Positions 40,101-52,020 of a DNA stretch of 64,000 nucleotides are shown one piece after another. The stretch is from Octopus sinensis (Eukaryota): assembly GCF_006345805.1 (NCBI RefSeq), contig NC_043010.1:55242001-55306000 (forward strand). Reading direction: 5' to 3'. A program made the position numbers and the translations under genes. Below the pieces are notes generated by a model. It was not told where the DNA came from. It searched no databases and worked only from the letters and a program-made list of their open reading frames with translations. Every line of letters begins with the position of its first letter. Within the stretch, counting starts at the first letter, position 1.

Positions 40101-43100
40101 CACCCCTCTTTGATCTCTGTCGGCACCACTCTTTGATCTTTGTCGGCACCCTCTTTGATCTCTGTCGGCACCCCCTTTGATCTCTGTCGGTACCCTCTTT
40201 GATCTTTGTGGGGAACCCCCCTTGATCTCTGTGGGGAACCCCATTTGATCTTTGTCGGCATCCCTCTTTGATCTCTGTCGGAATCCCTCTTTGATCTTTG
40301 TCGGCACCACCTTTGATCTCTGTCGACACCCTCTTTGATCTATGTCGGCATCCCTCTTTGATCTCTGTGGGGAACCCCCTTTGATCTCTGTCGGCACCAT
40401 TCTTTGATCTCTGTCGGCACCCCCTTTGATCTCTGTCGACACCCCCTTTGATCTCTGTCGGCACCCCCTTTCATCTCTGTCGGCACCCCCTTTGATCTCT
40501 GTCGGCACCCCTCTTTGATATTTGTCGGCATCCCTCTTTGATCTCTGTCGGCATCCCTCTTTGATCTCTCTCGGCATCCCTCTTTGATCTTTGTCGGCAC
40601 CCCCTTTGATCTATGTCGGCACCCTTCTTTGATCTCTGTCGGCACCCTTCTTTGATCTCTGTGGGGAACCCCCTTTGATCTCTGTGGGGAACCCCCTTTG
40701 ATCTGTGTGGGGAACCCCTTTGATCTCTGTCGACACCCTCTTTGATCTCTGTCGGCACCCCCTTTGTTCTCTGTCGACCCCCTCTTGATATCTGTCGGCA
40801 CCCCCTTTGATCTCTGTCGTCACCCCCTTTGATCTCTGTCGGCACCCTTCTTTGATCTCTGTGGGGAACCCCCTTTGATCTCTGTGGGGAACCCCCTTTG
40901 ATCTCTGTCGGCACCCTCTTTGGTCTCTGTCGGCACCCCTCTTGATCTCTGTCGGCACCCCCTTTGATCTCTGTCGGCACCCTTCTTTGATCTCTATGGG
41001 GAAACCCTTTGATCTCTGTGGGGAACCCCCTTTGATCTCTGTCGGCACCTCCCCTTTGATATCTGTCGGCACCCTCTTTGATCTCTGTCGGCACCCCCTT
41101 TGATCTCTGTCGACACCCCTCTTTGATCTCTGTCGGTACCCCCTTTGATCTCTGTTTGCACCCCACATTGATCTCTGTCGGCACCCTTTTTGATCTCTGT
41201 CGGCACCCCCTTTGATCTCTGTCGGCACCTTCTTTGATCTCTGTGGGGAACCCCCTTTGATCTCTGTGGGGAACCCCCTTTGATCTCTGTCGGCATCCCC
41301 TTTGATCTCTGTCGGCACCCTTCTTTGATCTCTGTGGGGAACCCCCTTTGATCTCTGTCGGCACCCCCTTTGATATCTGTCGGCACCCCCTTTGATCTCT
41401 GTCGGTACCCCCCCTTTGATCTCTGTCGGCCCCCCTTTGATCTCTGTCGGCACCCTCTTTGGTCTCTGTCGGCACCCCTCTTGATCTCTGTCGGCACCCC
41501 CTTTGATCTCTGTCGGCACCCTTCTTTGATCTCTATGGGGAAACCCTTTGATCTCTGTGGGGAACCCCCTTTGATCTCTGTCGGCACCCCCTTTGATATC
41601 TGTCGGCACCCCTCTTGATCTCTGTCGGCATCCCCTTGATCTCTGTCGGCACCCCCTTTGATCTCTGTCGACACCCCTCTTTGATCTCTGTCGGTACCCC
41701 CTTTGATCTCTGTTTGCACCCCACATTGATCTCTGTCGGCACCCTTTTTGATCTCTGTCGGCACCCCCTTTGATCTCTGTCGGCACCCTTCTTTGATCTC
41801 TGTGGGGACCCCCTTTGATCTCTGTGGGGAACCCCTTTGATCTCTGTCGGCACCCCCTTTGATCTCTGTCGGCACCCTTCTTTGATCTCTGTGGGGAACC
41901 CCCTTTGATCTCTGTCGGCACCCCCTTTGATATCTGTCGGCACCCCCTTTGATCTCTGTCGGCACCCCCTTTGATCTCTGTCGGCCCCCTCTTGATCTCT
42001 CTCGGCAACCCCTTTGATCTCTGTGGGGAACCCCCTTTGATCTCTGTCGGCACCCTCTTTGATCTCTGTCGGCACCCCCTTTGATCTCTGTCGGCACCCT
42101 TCTTTGATCTCTATGGGGAAACCCTTTGATCTCTGTGGGGAACCCCCTTTGATCTCTGTCGGCACCTCCCCTTTGATATCTGTCGGCACCCTCTTTGATC
42201 TCTGTCGGCACCCCCTTTGATCTCTGTCGACACCCCTCTTTGATCTCTGTCGGTACCCCCTTTGATCTCTGTTTGCACCCCACATTGATCTCTGTCGGCA
42301 CCCTTTTTGATCTCTGTCGGCACCCCCTTTGATCTCTGTGGGGAACCCCCTTTGATCTCTGTGGGGAACCCCCTTTGATCTCTGTGGGGAACCCCCTTTG
42401 ATCTCTGTCGGCATCCCCTTTGATCTCTGTCGGCCCCCTCTTGATCTCTCTCGGCAACCCCTTTGATCTCTGTGGGGAACCCTTTGATCTCTGTCGGCAC
42501 CCTCTTTGATCTCTGTCGGCACCCCCTTTGATCTCTGTCGGCACCTTCTTTGATCTCTATGGGGAAACACTTTGATCTCTGTGGGGAACCCCCTTTGATC
42601 TCTGTCGGCACCTCCCCTTGATATCTGTCGGCACCCTCTTTGATCTCTGTCGGCACCCCCTTTGATCTCTGTCGACACCCCTCTTTGATCTCTGTCGGTA
42701 CCCCCTTTGATCTCTGTTTGCACCCCACATTGATCTCTGTCGGCACCCTTTTTGATCTCTGTCGGCACCCCCTTTGATCTCTGTCGGCACCCTTCTTTGA
42801 TCTCTGTGGGGAACCCCCTTTGATCTCTGTGGGGAACCCCTTTGATCTCTGTCGGCATCCCCTTTGATCTCTGTCGGCCCCCTCTTGATCTCTCTCGGCA
42901 ACCCCTTTGATCTCTGTGGGGAACGCCTTTGATCTCTGTCGGCACCCCCTTTGATCTCTGTCGGCACCCTCTTTGATCTCTGTCGGCACCCCCTTTGATC
43001 TCTGTCGGCACCCTTCTTTGATCTCTATGGGGAAACCCTTTGATCTCTGTGGGGAACCCCCTTTGATCTCTGTCGGCACCTCCCCTTTGATATCTGTCAG

Positions 43101-43320
43101 CACCCTCTTTGATCTCTGTCGGCACCCCCTTTGATCTCTGTCGACACCCCTCTTTGATCTCTGTCGGTACCCCCTTTGATCTCTGTTTGCACCCCACATT
43201 GATCTCTGTCGGCACCCTTTTTGACCTCTGTCGGCACCCCCTTTGATCTCTGTCGCCACCCCTCTTTGATCTCTCTCGGCACCCCTCTTTGATCTCCCTC
43301 GGCACCCTCTTTGATCTCAG
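40101..43320 (-). repeat. 22-bp satellite, right array (~145 units), inverted relative to the left array
   Basis: The + strand reads tgtcggcacc(c/t)ctttgatctc, with a tgtggggaaccc variant; higher-order structure is visible. Confidence 0.97.
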
Positions 43321-43500
43321 AGAGGATGCCGACAGAGATCACAGATGGTGCCGACAGAGATCAAAGGTATTTGAAATTTTTTGAAAAAGTTTTGGTTAAA
43401 ATTTTCCCAAATTTTTTTGTAATTTTTGGGGAAAATTTTTGAAAAATTTGGAAAATATTTTTGGGGTTATATTATCAAAAAATTTTTCAAAAATTGGAAT
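43321..43500 (+). other. Two flipped satellite units followed by homopolymer-rich low-complexity sequence
   Basis: agaggatgccgacagagatcacagatggtgccgacagagatcaaagg, then aaattttttgaaaaagttttgg... Confidence 0.7.
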
Positions 43501-43774
43501 TGTAGGCCGTCTGTTGTAATTTCCATCAATTGAATATTGTCCTCCTTCTGGTATAGAATGGTAGGGGTGCAGCGAAATTCATGTTTGGACTTTCTTCTAT
43601 CGATTACAATAGTCAAGCAGTAATAATAATAACACACCTTTTTAATTTATCCCCATTTATGTGAAACCACTTATTCAAGTTCAAGTCATTGATGCAATTT
43701 TATACGAATTGCTAATACACACACACACACATAATAAGGGTGAAATATTGAATATTATTTTGATTAATATGAAT

Positions 43775-44125
43775 TGAAACCCAGTGGTGTAGCATATAAG
43801 AGCATAGCGGATCTTCTTCTAGCAAAATGGATGACTATTGTTAATGGTTCATCCCTGTTATATAATACTTTCACTTTAATAGTGAAAGTGTCTGCATTAC
43901 AAAAGAGAGATGTTTTTGTTTCACTTTTAACACGTAATACTGAAATAGTGGAGAAGATATGATATTGCTGTGGGGTCACCCTAGGGAAAAAGTTAAGATT
44001 TTTTGCCGATGACACCCCCGTGTAAAATTTGAATGAAATTGTTTCTGTAGTTCTCAAGTTTTAGGGAAACACACAGACATACAGACAGACAGACACACAT
44101 TCTCAGTTTTATATATATAGAGAGA
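43775..44125 (+). mobile_element. Possible non-autonomous Helentron/HINE-like element
   Basis: Ends gtaaaatttgaatgaaattg...acagacagacagacacacattctcagttttatatatatagag. Confidence 0.4.
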
Positions 44126-44813
44126 TATGCATATGTGTGTGCGCGTGAGTTGTGTGTGTGTGAATAATCCGTGGGCTAAATGCGTATACCGATTCCACTC
44201 AAAAGTTCCAATAATGTTCTACTCTGTCGAGAAACTTGGTCATTCTAAAAAAGCAATAAATCTCTATATACATAATTTCAGATGGGAAATTATCAAACGT
44301 GTAATATAATTAGTAATGTCCTCACACCCCATGTCTAGTCACTGAGAGACAAAATATCTCTGAACAAATAAAATTGTGAATCGATGTTCAGTGATGTCTA
44401 TGTTCCACTCGCATCAATACCATCCACACCTGATGCTTATATCTCAGACTCTTATAAACATTGTCTTTGAAGTGATAAGGTACATTGAGTGCTAATTTAT
44501 ATACATATGTGTGTTTGTGCGGATTCGTGTGAGAAAGACACCTGAAATATTTCAAAAGCCAACGCAATGCAAATTGAAATATAGGAGTGAAAGTCTAGGT
44601 AATCTACATCGAACAAAACGTAAAATAAATTTGCAATTTACCTTTTTTTTTTATTTTTACAAATTTAATTCACTCAATTTAGGAGAAACTATCTCATGCG
44701 TGGGAAGGATTTGGGCAACTGCTTCTTGCATAGATTGACATTGTTGCAACAGAAAAACTGCAGCGAGCATCGCACATCTAAGGTTGCCTGATGACTTAAT
44801 ATCAATGATTAAA

Positions 44814-45300
44814 GGCGGAGAGCTGGCAGAAACGTTAGCACGCCGGGCGAGATGTTTAGCAGTATTTCGTCTGCCGTTACGTTCTGAGTTCAAATTCCGC
44901 CGAGGTCGACTTTGCCTTTCATCCTTTCGAGGTCGATTAAATAAGTACCAGTTACGCACTGGAGCCGATATAATCGACTTAATCCGTTTGTCTGTCTTTG
45001 TTTGTCCTCTCTGTGTTTAGCCCCTTGTGGGTTGCAAAGAAATAGGTATTTAGTCTGCTGCTACGTTCTGAGTTCAAATTCCGCCGAGATCGACTTTGCC
45101 TTTCATCCTTTTGGTGTCGATTAAATAAGTTCTTGTTTGTCCCTTCTGTGTTTAGCCCCTTGTGGGTAGTAAAGAAATAGGTATTTCGTCCGTCTTTACG
45201 TTCCAAGTTCAAATGCTGCAGAGGCCGACGTTGCCTTTCATCCGTCCGGGATCGATAAAATAAGTAACAATTAAATATTGGTGCCGATGTAATCGAAAAG
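44814..45300 (+). mobile_element. SINE family A multimer
   Basis: Head ggcggagagctggcagaaacgttagcacgccgggcg plus three modules. Confidence 0.85.
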
Positions 45301-47439
45301 TCCCGTCCTCCGAAATCGTTGGACATGTGCCTAAAAATTTGGGTCCTATAATTAGAAGGCACAGTTGACAATCAAATTCCTTCACTCCTGGCATGAGAGT
45401 AACCATAGTTTTTTTACTACTCCATGAAGTTTTCAATATGTGTCTCTCTGCACGCTATCCTTGATACTGTTATGTAGTTTTCGAATGGTACTTCTCATGT
45501 TGGAACCATTATATTCAGTGCAGACTATTGATTACATATTCCCTCAAACATATTGTTGCAGTTGTAATTGGCCAGATTGCACAACTTGTTGTTGTCAAAT
45601 AATTGATCTCTAAACAGCATTTTTTTTTCAAGGTGACGCCGAGGTGCACCATTTGAATGATCAGTCTCAGTTTCATATAAGGTTTTGAATGAATTTGCAT
45701 CTTATGCTATAAATGTAAGATATTAAGTGTTGAGCACGTTTGAGGCTAAACTTTTCTAGAAATATGTATACGACTATTTTAATGAGAAATAATTTATAGC
45801 TTTAATTTACGTAACTTATACAGACAACAATTTCTACAATCAAAGGCATTAAGCTATACGCCTTAAGTTTACTACATAATTCATACGTCTTTTAAATCTG
45901 TTGTTAAAGATGTGCAGAGAAGAGATAACCTTTTTTCACAGAGTTACAATTTGCAATAACTAATTGTCTAGGATATTTGATATATCGGGTCAACACCCCA
46001 CGAACAGGAGAAAATGGTGAAGGGTAACAAGTTGATAGTTTTGCGCGGAACCACGGGAAGAGGTAGGATTCTGATATGTGCAGAATGGTATTTCTATACT
46101 ATGCACTTTAGCCCACATATTTCGTCTCTATTATTGATCAATGATTTAATTTTATTAATGAGACGGGCCGCATTGATCCACAAATTGGAAGACGGACTAA
46201 ATTTTAGCCGCCGATGCCACAAACTAATTCTTTCTAGACTCTTTTTATTGCTCAGTGCTCTTTTTCTTCTCGTGCCTTAAAATAGAGATACGGATTATTG
46301 CCTAAAACTCGTGGGCTCGAAATTTTGGCTATAGTCCCCGTCTGTGATGTCAAAAATTCTGTTTCATCTAATTCATCCACCATCTATAGTTTCTCTTCCG
46401 AAACACACTCTATCATTATTTACCACACTACTAGATTAAACAAACTCTTGTGTGCGTTCACGATCACAGTATGTAAGCTGTCCTTTTCAAATCTGAGGGT
46501 TACTTGCTTTAAAGTAATAACGTGTGATGTATTTCGCAATGATGATATTAAAACAACACAATAAATGTGAAGTGATTGAGCCGTGAACTGGAAATGAACT
46601 GCTTTTGAAGTTGTGTGTACTCAAAAAAATGTTATATTTTTTAATTACTCTAAAACCACTTGCAACTATTCAATAAATCACTTTGAAGAGTTCAGTTAGC
46701 TAACATTTCCTTTTATCATGACGAGTTGCTGAATTTACAAAACATGCAGTAGACAGCAGTCGTGTTAAACAAAAACAACTATTCGAATTATGATTCATTG
46801 TATCTATATTTATTTATAAAAAGCATGGGTATTATATATATATATATTTATATCTCGAAATGCTGCACTGAAGATGAGAAATAAGTAAGTAAATATAACT
46901 TTACTTTAACCTCAAAACGCGCATGTAACTAATCTGAGTCGTGTGGATTTGTTACTTATTCCTTTTGCCCACGTAAAAAAGTGTATTACTCTCTGGGAGA
47001 TCTTTATGGTAGCAGAAAAGGCACTTTAACTCTTATTTCTAAACTCGGTGCGTGGCGAAGCAATTACCTGAACCCCCACTAATTATAATTATGTTTATAA
47101 TTATAGAATATTTGCATGTATGTTTGTATGTATGTATGTATCTATAAGTAAAATATTATAGACGCTCATAGTGTGATCATTGGTTTTGCACCTACAAATC
47201 GCTTAGCAGAATATGCGATTCGTCAGACACAGATGGCCGAAGGAGCATAACCGCTCTACTGCCGGAGGAAGAAATAAGTCACGGTCCGCTGCAGCTCCTT
47301 CAAATACCACCACGGCCGAAGCCGATGTAAGGAGATAACCCCATCACTCATGCAGCGTTCTTGCATAGTTGAATGAAACAGTAACCGAGCGTCACATAAT
47401 TTCTTCCAGCAGTAGAGCGTTAGGTAGACGTAATCTTAG

Positions 47440-47510
47440 GAATGAGAACCTGGGTTCTCATTCTTAAAGTTCTTTTTCGATATTATTATTATTATTATTA
47501 TTATTATTGA

Positions 47511-47542
<32 letters not shown>

Positions 47543-47830
47543 TCACTGCTTGAAATCGAACTCGGAATCTTGGGGTAAGTAACCCGCATTCTTAACTAGT
47601 ACGCCCACTGGCATATGGCGCAGTGATTAAAAGCGCAGGCTACTAACCCCAATATTCCGAGTTCGATTCCAGGCAGTGACTAGACTAATAATAATAACAT
47701 TGAAAAATACCTTAGGAATGAGAACCCAGCTTCGAAATTTTCCCACGACACATGATGATGGCTGGAGGGTATATCAGCCGAAACGTTGTGCTAACAACAA
47801 ACAAGATTAGGACAAATATCTGTCAAATGT
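47440..47830. mobile_element. Head-to-head pair of tRNA-like SINE/Penelope-associated repeats; the + copy ends in a hammerhead-like motif
   Basis: 47536-47605 (-) mirrors 47606-47685 (+) (ggcgcagtgattaa...ccgagttcgattccaggcagtgac); ttaggaatgagaacc occurs at about 47435 and 47712; motif at 47748-47791. Confidence 0.55.
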
Positions 47831-48813
47831 AAATAATATAAATAATGAAAATTACGTAAATTTGAATTTTTCGCTCTTTCTCCAGAATACACCAGTTAAT
47901 AATGCCTCGCCACTGTACCCATGTATTAAAATTGGATGTTACTATTTTGTAAGAAATTTACATTTATAAGTAAGACGAGATTTCGAACCATAATCTTTTT
48001 GTATAAAAGTAAATATATATTTGCCCCTATCTGCCTCCGCTACATGTACCTGTCTGTTTGAAATTTAAATATACACTGAGTTTTCAAAATTATTTTTGTA
48101 TTATGCAAATTATAATTCATTGTTTTGTTATCTATTTAGGCATATATTTCGAGCACCCCGTCAAGATATAGGATAAAAGAGTTCTAGATATATGTATACA
48201 GTAACAGGTATAGATATAATGGGCAGACAGCGTAAGTAGAAAAACGAGAAACGGATAAAGAAATGTCTGAATGTAGACGTGTGTATGGAGATATGTGTAT
48301 GGAGATATGCGCGCGTGAGAGAGAGAGATAGTGAAAGAGAGCTTAGAAAATGAGATGAGATCAATAAAACGATTAGATTCTTAGACTTAACAATAATGCT
48401 GAGAATACTAAATGATGCAAGGTGGTATATATCCTCGCGTATTAGAACCAACCTCCACACAGAAATTCGAATCCACACACATTGTAATTTTCAGATATAC
48501 ACACATAAACAAAACACAATACATGCACATTGTCTAGATAAATGTGTATAATGCTTCATGAATACAGTAATACGAAAGAAAAAAAAATACGACAATTGTT
48601 TTGAATTTTCAGTCAAATCGTTTCACCGTGGTTCATTGGTATTTAGATTTATTTTTCCTATTCAAATTTGCGTCTTCACATTTACATATTTTGACAATGT
48701 ACTTTTAGGCACAGAAAATACCCCCCGCTGTTTGCCGGACAATTTTCAATGCCTATTCTCGTATAGATAAATACAAACAGACGTACATAACGTAATTTTT
48801 CCAGTATAGGAAA

Positions 48814-49320
48814 GCGGCGAGTTGGCAGAAACGTTAGCACGCCAGGCGAAATACTTAGCAATATTTCGTTTGCCGTTACGTTCTGAGTTCAAATTCCGCC
48901 AAGGTCGACTTTGCCTTTCGTCCTTACGGGGTCGATTAAATAAGAACCAGTTACGCACTGTGGTCGATATAATCGACTTAATCTGTTTGTCTGTCCTTGT
49001 TTGTCCCCTCTGTGTTTAGCCCCTTGTGGGTAGTAAAGAAAATAGATATAATCGACTTAATCTGTTTGTCTGTCCTTGTTTGTCCTCTCTGTGTTTAGCC
49101 CCTCGTGGGTAATAAAGAAATAAGAAACGTTAGAACGCCGGCCGAAACGCTTAGCAGTATTTCATCTGTCATTACGCTGTGAGTTCAAATTCCGCCGAGG
49201 TCGACTTTGCCTTTCATCCTTTCAGGGTCGATAAATTGAGTACCAGTTGCGTACTGGAGTTGATCTAATCGATTGGCCCCCATCCACCAATTTCGGGCCT
49301 TGTGCCTAGATTAGAAAAGA
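48814..49320 (+). mobile_element. SINE family A multimer
   Basis: gcggcgagttggcagaaacgttagcacgcc head plus repeated modules. Confidence 0.85.
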
Positions 49321-50361
49321 ATGTTTCCCAGTATAAGCATAATGTCTGAAGTTTTAAGAGATATTACTCGTAGATTACATCGACTCCCACACCAAGCTTA
49401 ATATTTACGTCTTTATCCCGTTGTGGCACGGCGGGTTACATTAAGACACCTGCAAATTTTTTAAATCATGCAACTTTTGCATCTTTTATTTAAATGATTT
49501 TATATCACATGACTCTAAATGCCAATAGTTTATGTATGGACATACAAAATTTGTGCTCAAAGTGTCCAGTCACATGGATGTTATAGCATAAAATATGATC
49601 ATTCTGTGAAATTGGCCTTCTGTGAAATTAATTTCTTGTGTTCTTTGTTCAGATATTCTGATAAACTCAAAGTCAATTTTCTTCGTATTTGTTCTAGTAT
49701 GAATCAATATACTTTTTTTTTTAATTCTTTTTTTAAATTTTTTATTTAGTACTATATGTATAGTTTATAAAACTATAAAAAAAAAGTACTAATTTTTTTT
49801 CTGCATCATGCACTCATACGTATATACAAGGTTTCAAAAAAATATTAATTTGGATAGTGCAGAAATGTGCAAAAATAAAAGTGGGCCCCAATGGCCGTTT
49901 GTGTAAACCCAAACCCACCGGCCCGTGAAGGGTTAATGGCGCCCGAAAGGACGGAAGGAAAAGTCGACTTCGACGGTATTTGAGCTAACAGTTCACCGCA
50001 GTACCCTAGATAGCATATTGTTAAGTATTAATTAACTTATTGTATTAGGTATTGCATGTAGATTAGTTCGTCTGGAAGATGTAGCAATTAAATTATATTC
50101 GTAAATCTGTGTGTAAACAAGGGATAGAGAATTTTTGAACACAAACTGTTAACTGAAAGTATAATTGATCGAATTAGGATTGTGCAAAATGAAAATTAAT
50201 CGAATTAAAGTAAGCATTAAAATAATATCTCTATTAAATGTTATATTTCTAAGTTTCTAAATTTTGTTAAGTGGAGAAATTTGTGTATTTATATGTATGT
50301 GAAGCGTTTAGACTTATAGTGAAACATAATTTTTTCATAGTTGAATGGAACCATGAAAAGA

Positions 50362-50414
<53 letters not shown>

Positions 50415-50494
50415 TACAGACACACACACAGCACAACACAAAATTTTAAATTACACAAAAACATATACTCATATGCCCAATTGTACACATATGG

Positions 50495-50860
50495 TAGCAC
50501 TCCGTCGGTTACGACGACGAAAGTTGCAGTTTATCTGATCAACGGATTAGCCTGCTCGTGAAATTAACATGTAACTAGTCGAGTACAGGTGTATACTTAA
50601 CGTAGTTTTCGGGGAGGTTCAGCGTGACACAGTGTGTGTAACAAGGCTGGCCCTTTGAAATACAGGAAAGGAACAACAGAAACAGGAAGAAAGAATTAGA
50701 GAAACCTGTGGTGAAAGAGTACAGCAGGGTTCGCCACCACCCCCTGCCGGAGCCTTGTGGATCGTTACATGTTTTCGTTAAAAAAAAACACTCATAACGC
50801 CCGGTCTGAGAATTGAAATCGCGATCCGCTGCCCTAACCACTGGGCTATTGCGCCTCCAC
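50495..50860 (-). mobile_element. SINE family C
   Basis: Head gtggaggcgcaatagcccagtggttagggcagcggatcgcg on the minus strand; shares its body with 1958-2240 and 29300-29380. Confidence 0.65.
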
Positions 50861-52020
50861 TGTATACATATAACTTGGTGTCCAAAGTGTTAAAGTCTCA
50901 CTCGTAAATTTTGCTTCATTGATAATCATTTCGTACTGCAAAAACAGTACCTTCATATGAACTGTTTATTCAATGGACACACAAATTGTAACCTCCATAG
51001 GGATGTACATAAGTGGATATTGAAACAAATATAAAGCGTCTGCTGAATGTAAATATAAAAGTGACACACACTCACCCGTATGCAATTTGAACACTATAGT
51101 TTCCTATATATTTTCCAATTTAATACTAAAATATAGTAAATATATCACAATTGTACTTTAAATTACTTTTCCCTGTCTTAGTATATGTACTGTAATTTGA
51201 TATCATTAGATTGTTTGTTGATTCGAGTAACCCTCAAATTCGTTCGATATTTTGAAGCAATTTTCTTTGGTAATCGAGCAACAATTTTTGTAACAATCAA
51301 GGCCAAACTAACTAATACATAAACATATATACATACATATGTGTGTGTGTGGTGTATATATACATACATACATACAAGTATATATATATATATAAATTAT
51401 TAAAAGAAAGAGAATGGAGAAAAGATGTATGTATAATTTATTTGTATGATATAAATATGTGAAACTTTTTTAATAAATAACAATAACATTAATGATAAAT
51501 TGTAAAGCTCAAAAAATAATGGAAGATGCGAAAACACCTACATATATGCTTCCGTTGCAGCCCCTTTTGCAGCCCCTTTTGCAGCAAGCAATCTATTTCC
51601 AATTACTTTTGAATGTATCAGCTCGACGATGAAATAAATTTAGTCATTCCACGGTGATTGCTTATAAAATTTGAACTTACAAAATACTATTGTTATTATT
51701 TACAGGATAGTAAAAATCGACGCTGCTTACTAGAACCCATCGCAGAAAAGCACATGAAGTTTGTTTTTAAAATCAACAATACTAATTTTAGTTCTTAAAT
51801 CGAACGGGAAGCGACGAAGAGGTATGTTAGTGTAAATGGTAGCAGACTTGTCGCGAAAACAAAGTGTTGTGGATTCGAGTCCTACGCGTACGGTAGAAAC
51901 TACTTTTTCCGTCGAGGGATTATATGCCTCATTATTAGACAATTTTCTTAAGTCATTGCATGGTGATTGCTTATAATGTTTACGCTTATAGCATACTGTT
52001 CATATTATTTACATGTATAA

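Noticed and set aside
33542-43320. CRISPR-like appearance of the regular short repeats
   Set aside because: The monomers are contiguous with no unique spacers, there are no cas genes, and the context is eukaryotic.
40020-43342. Long ORFs (up to 590 aa, PTEIKGGADRDQRGCRQRSK repeats), also at 33542-34412
   Set aside because: The 22-bp monomer has no stop codon in any frame on one strand, so long ORFs arise automatically. There is no unique domain and the frame shifts constantly.
33500-43560. Target-site duplication around the whole satellite-rDNA block
   Set aside because: No shared flanking sequence was found by eye, so I do not call it a transposon.
49408-49935. Possible TTAA-type DNA transposon ending in agggttaa
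   Set aside because: The matching left terminus is too weak and there is no transposase remnant.
51822-51895. tRNA-like sequence with A/B boxes (similar heads at 2170-2240, 28750-28830 and 47606-47685)
   Set aside because: No complete cloverleaf or acceptor stem can be drawn; best explained as SINE heads.
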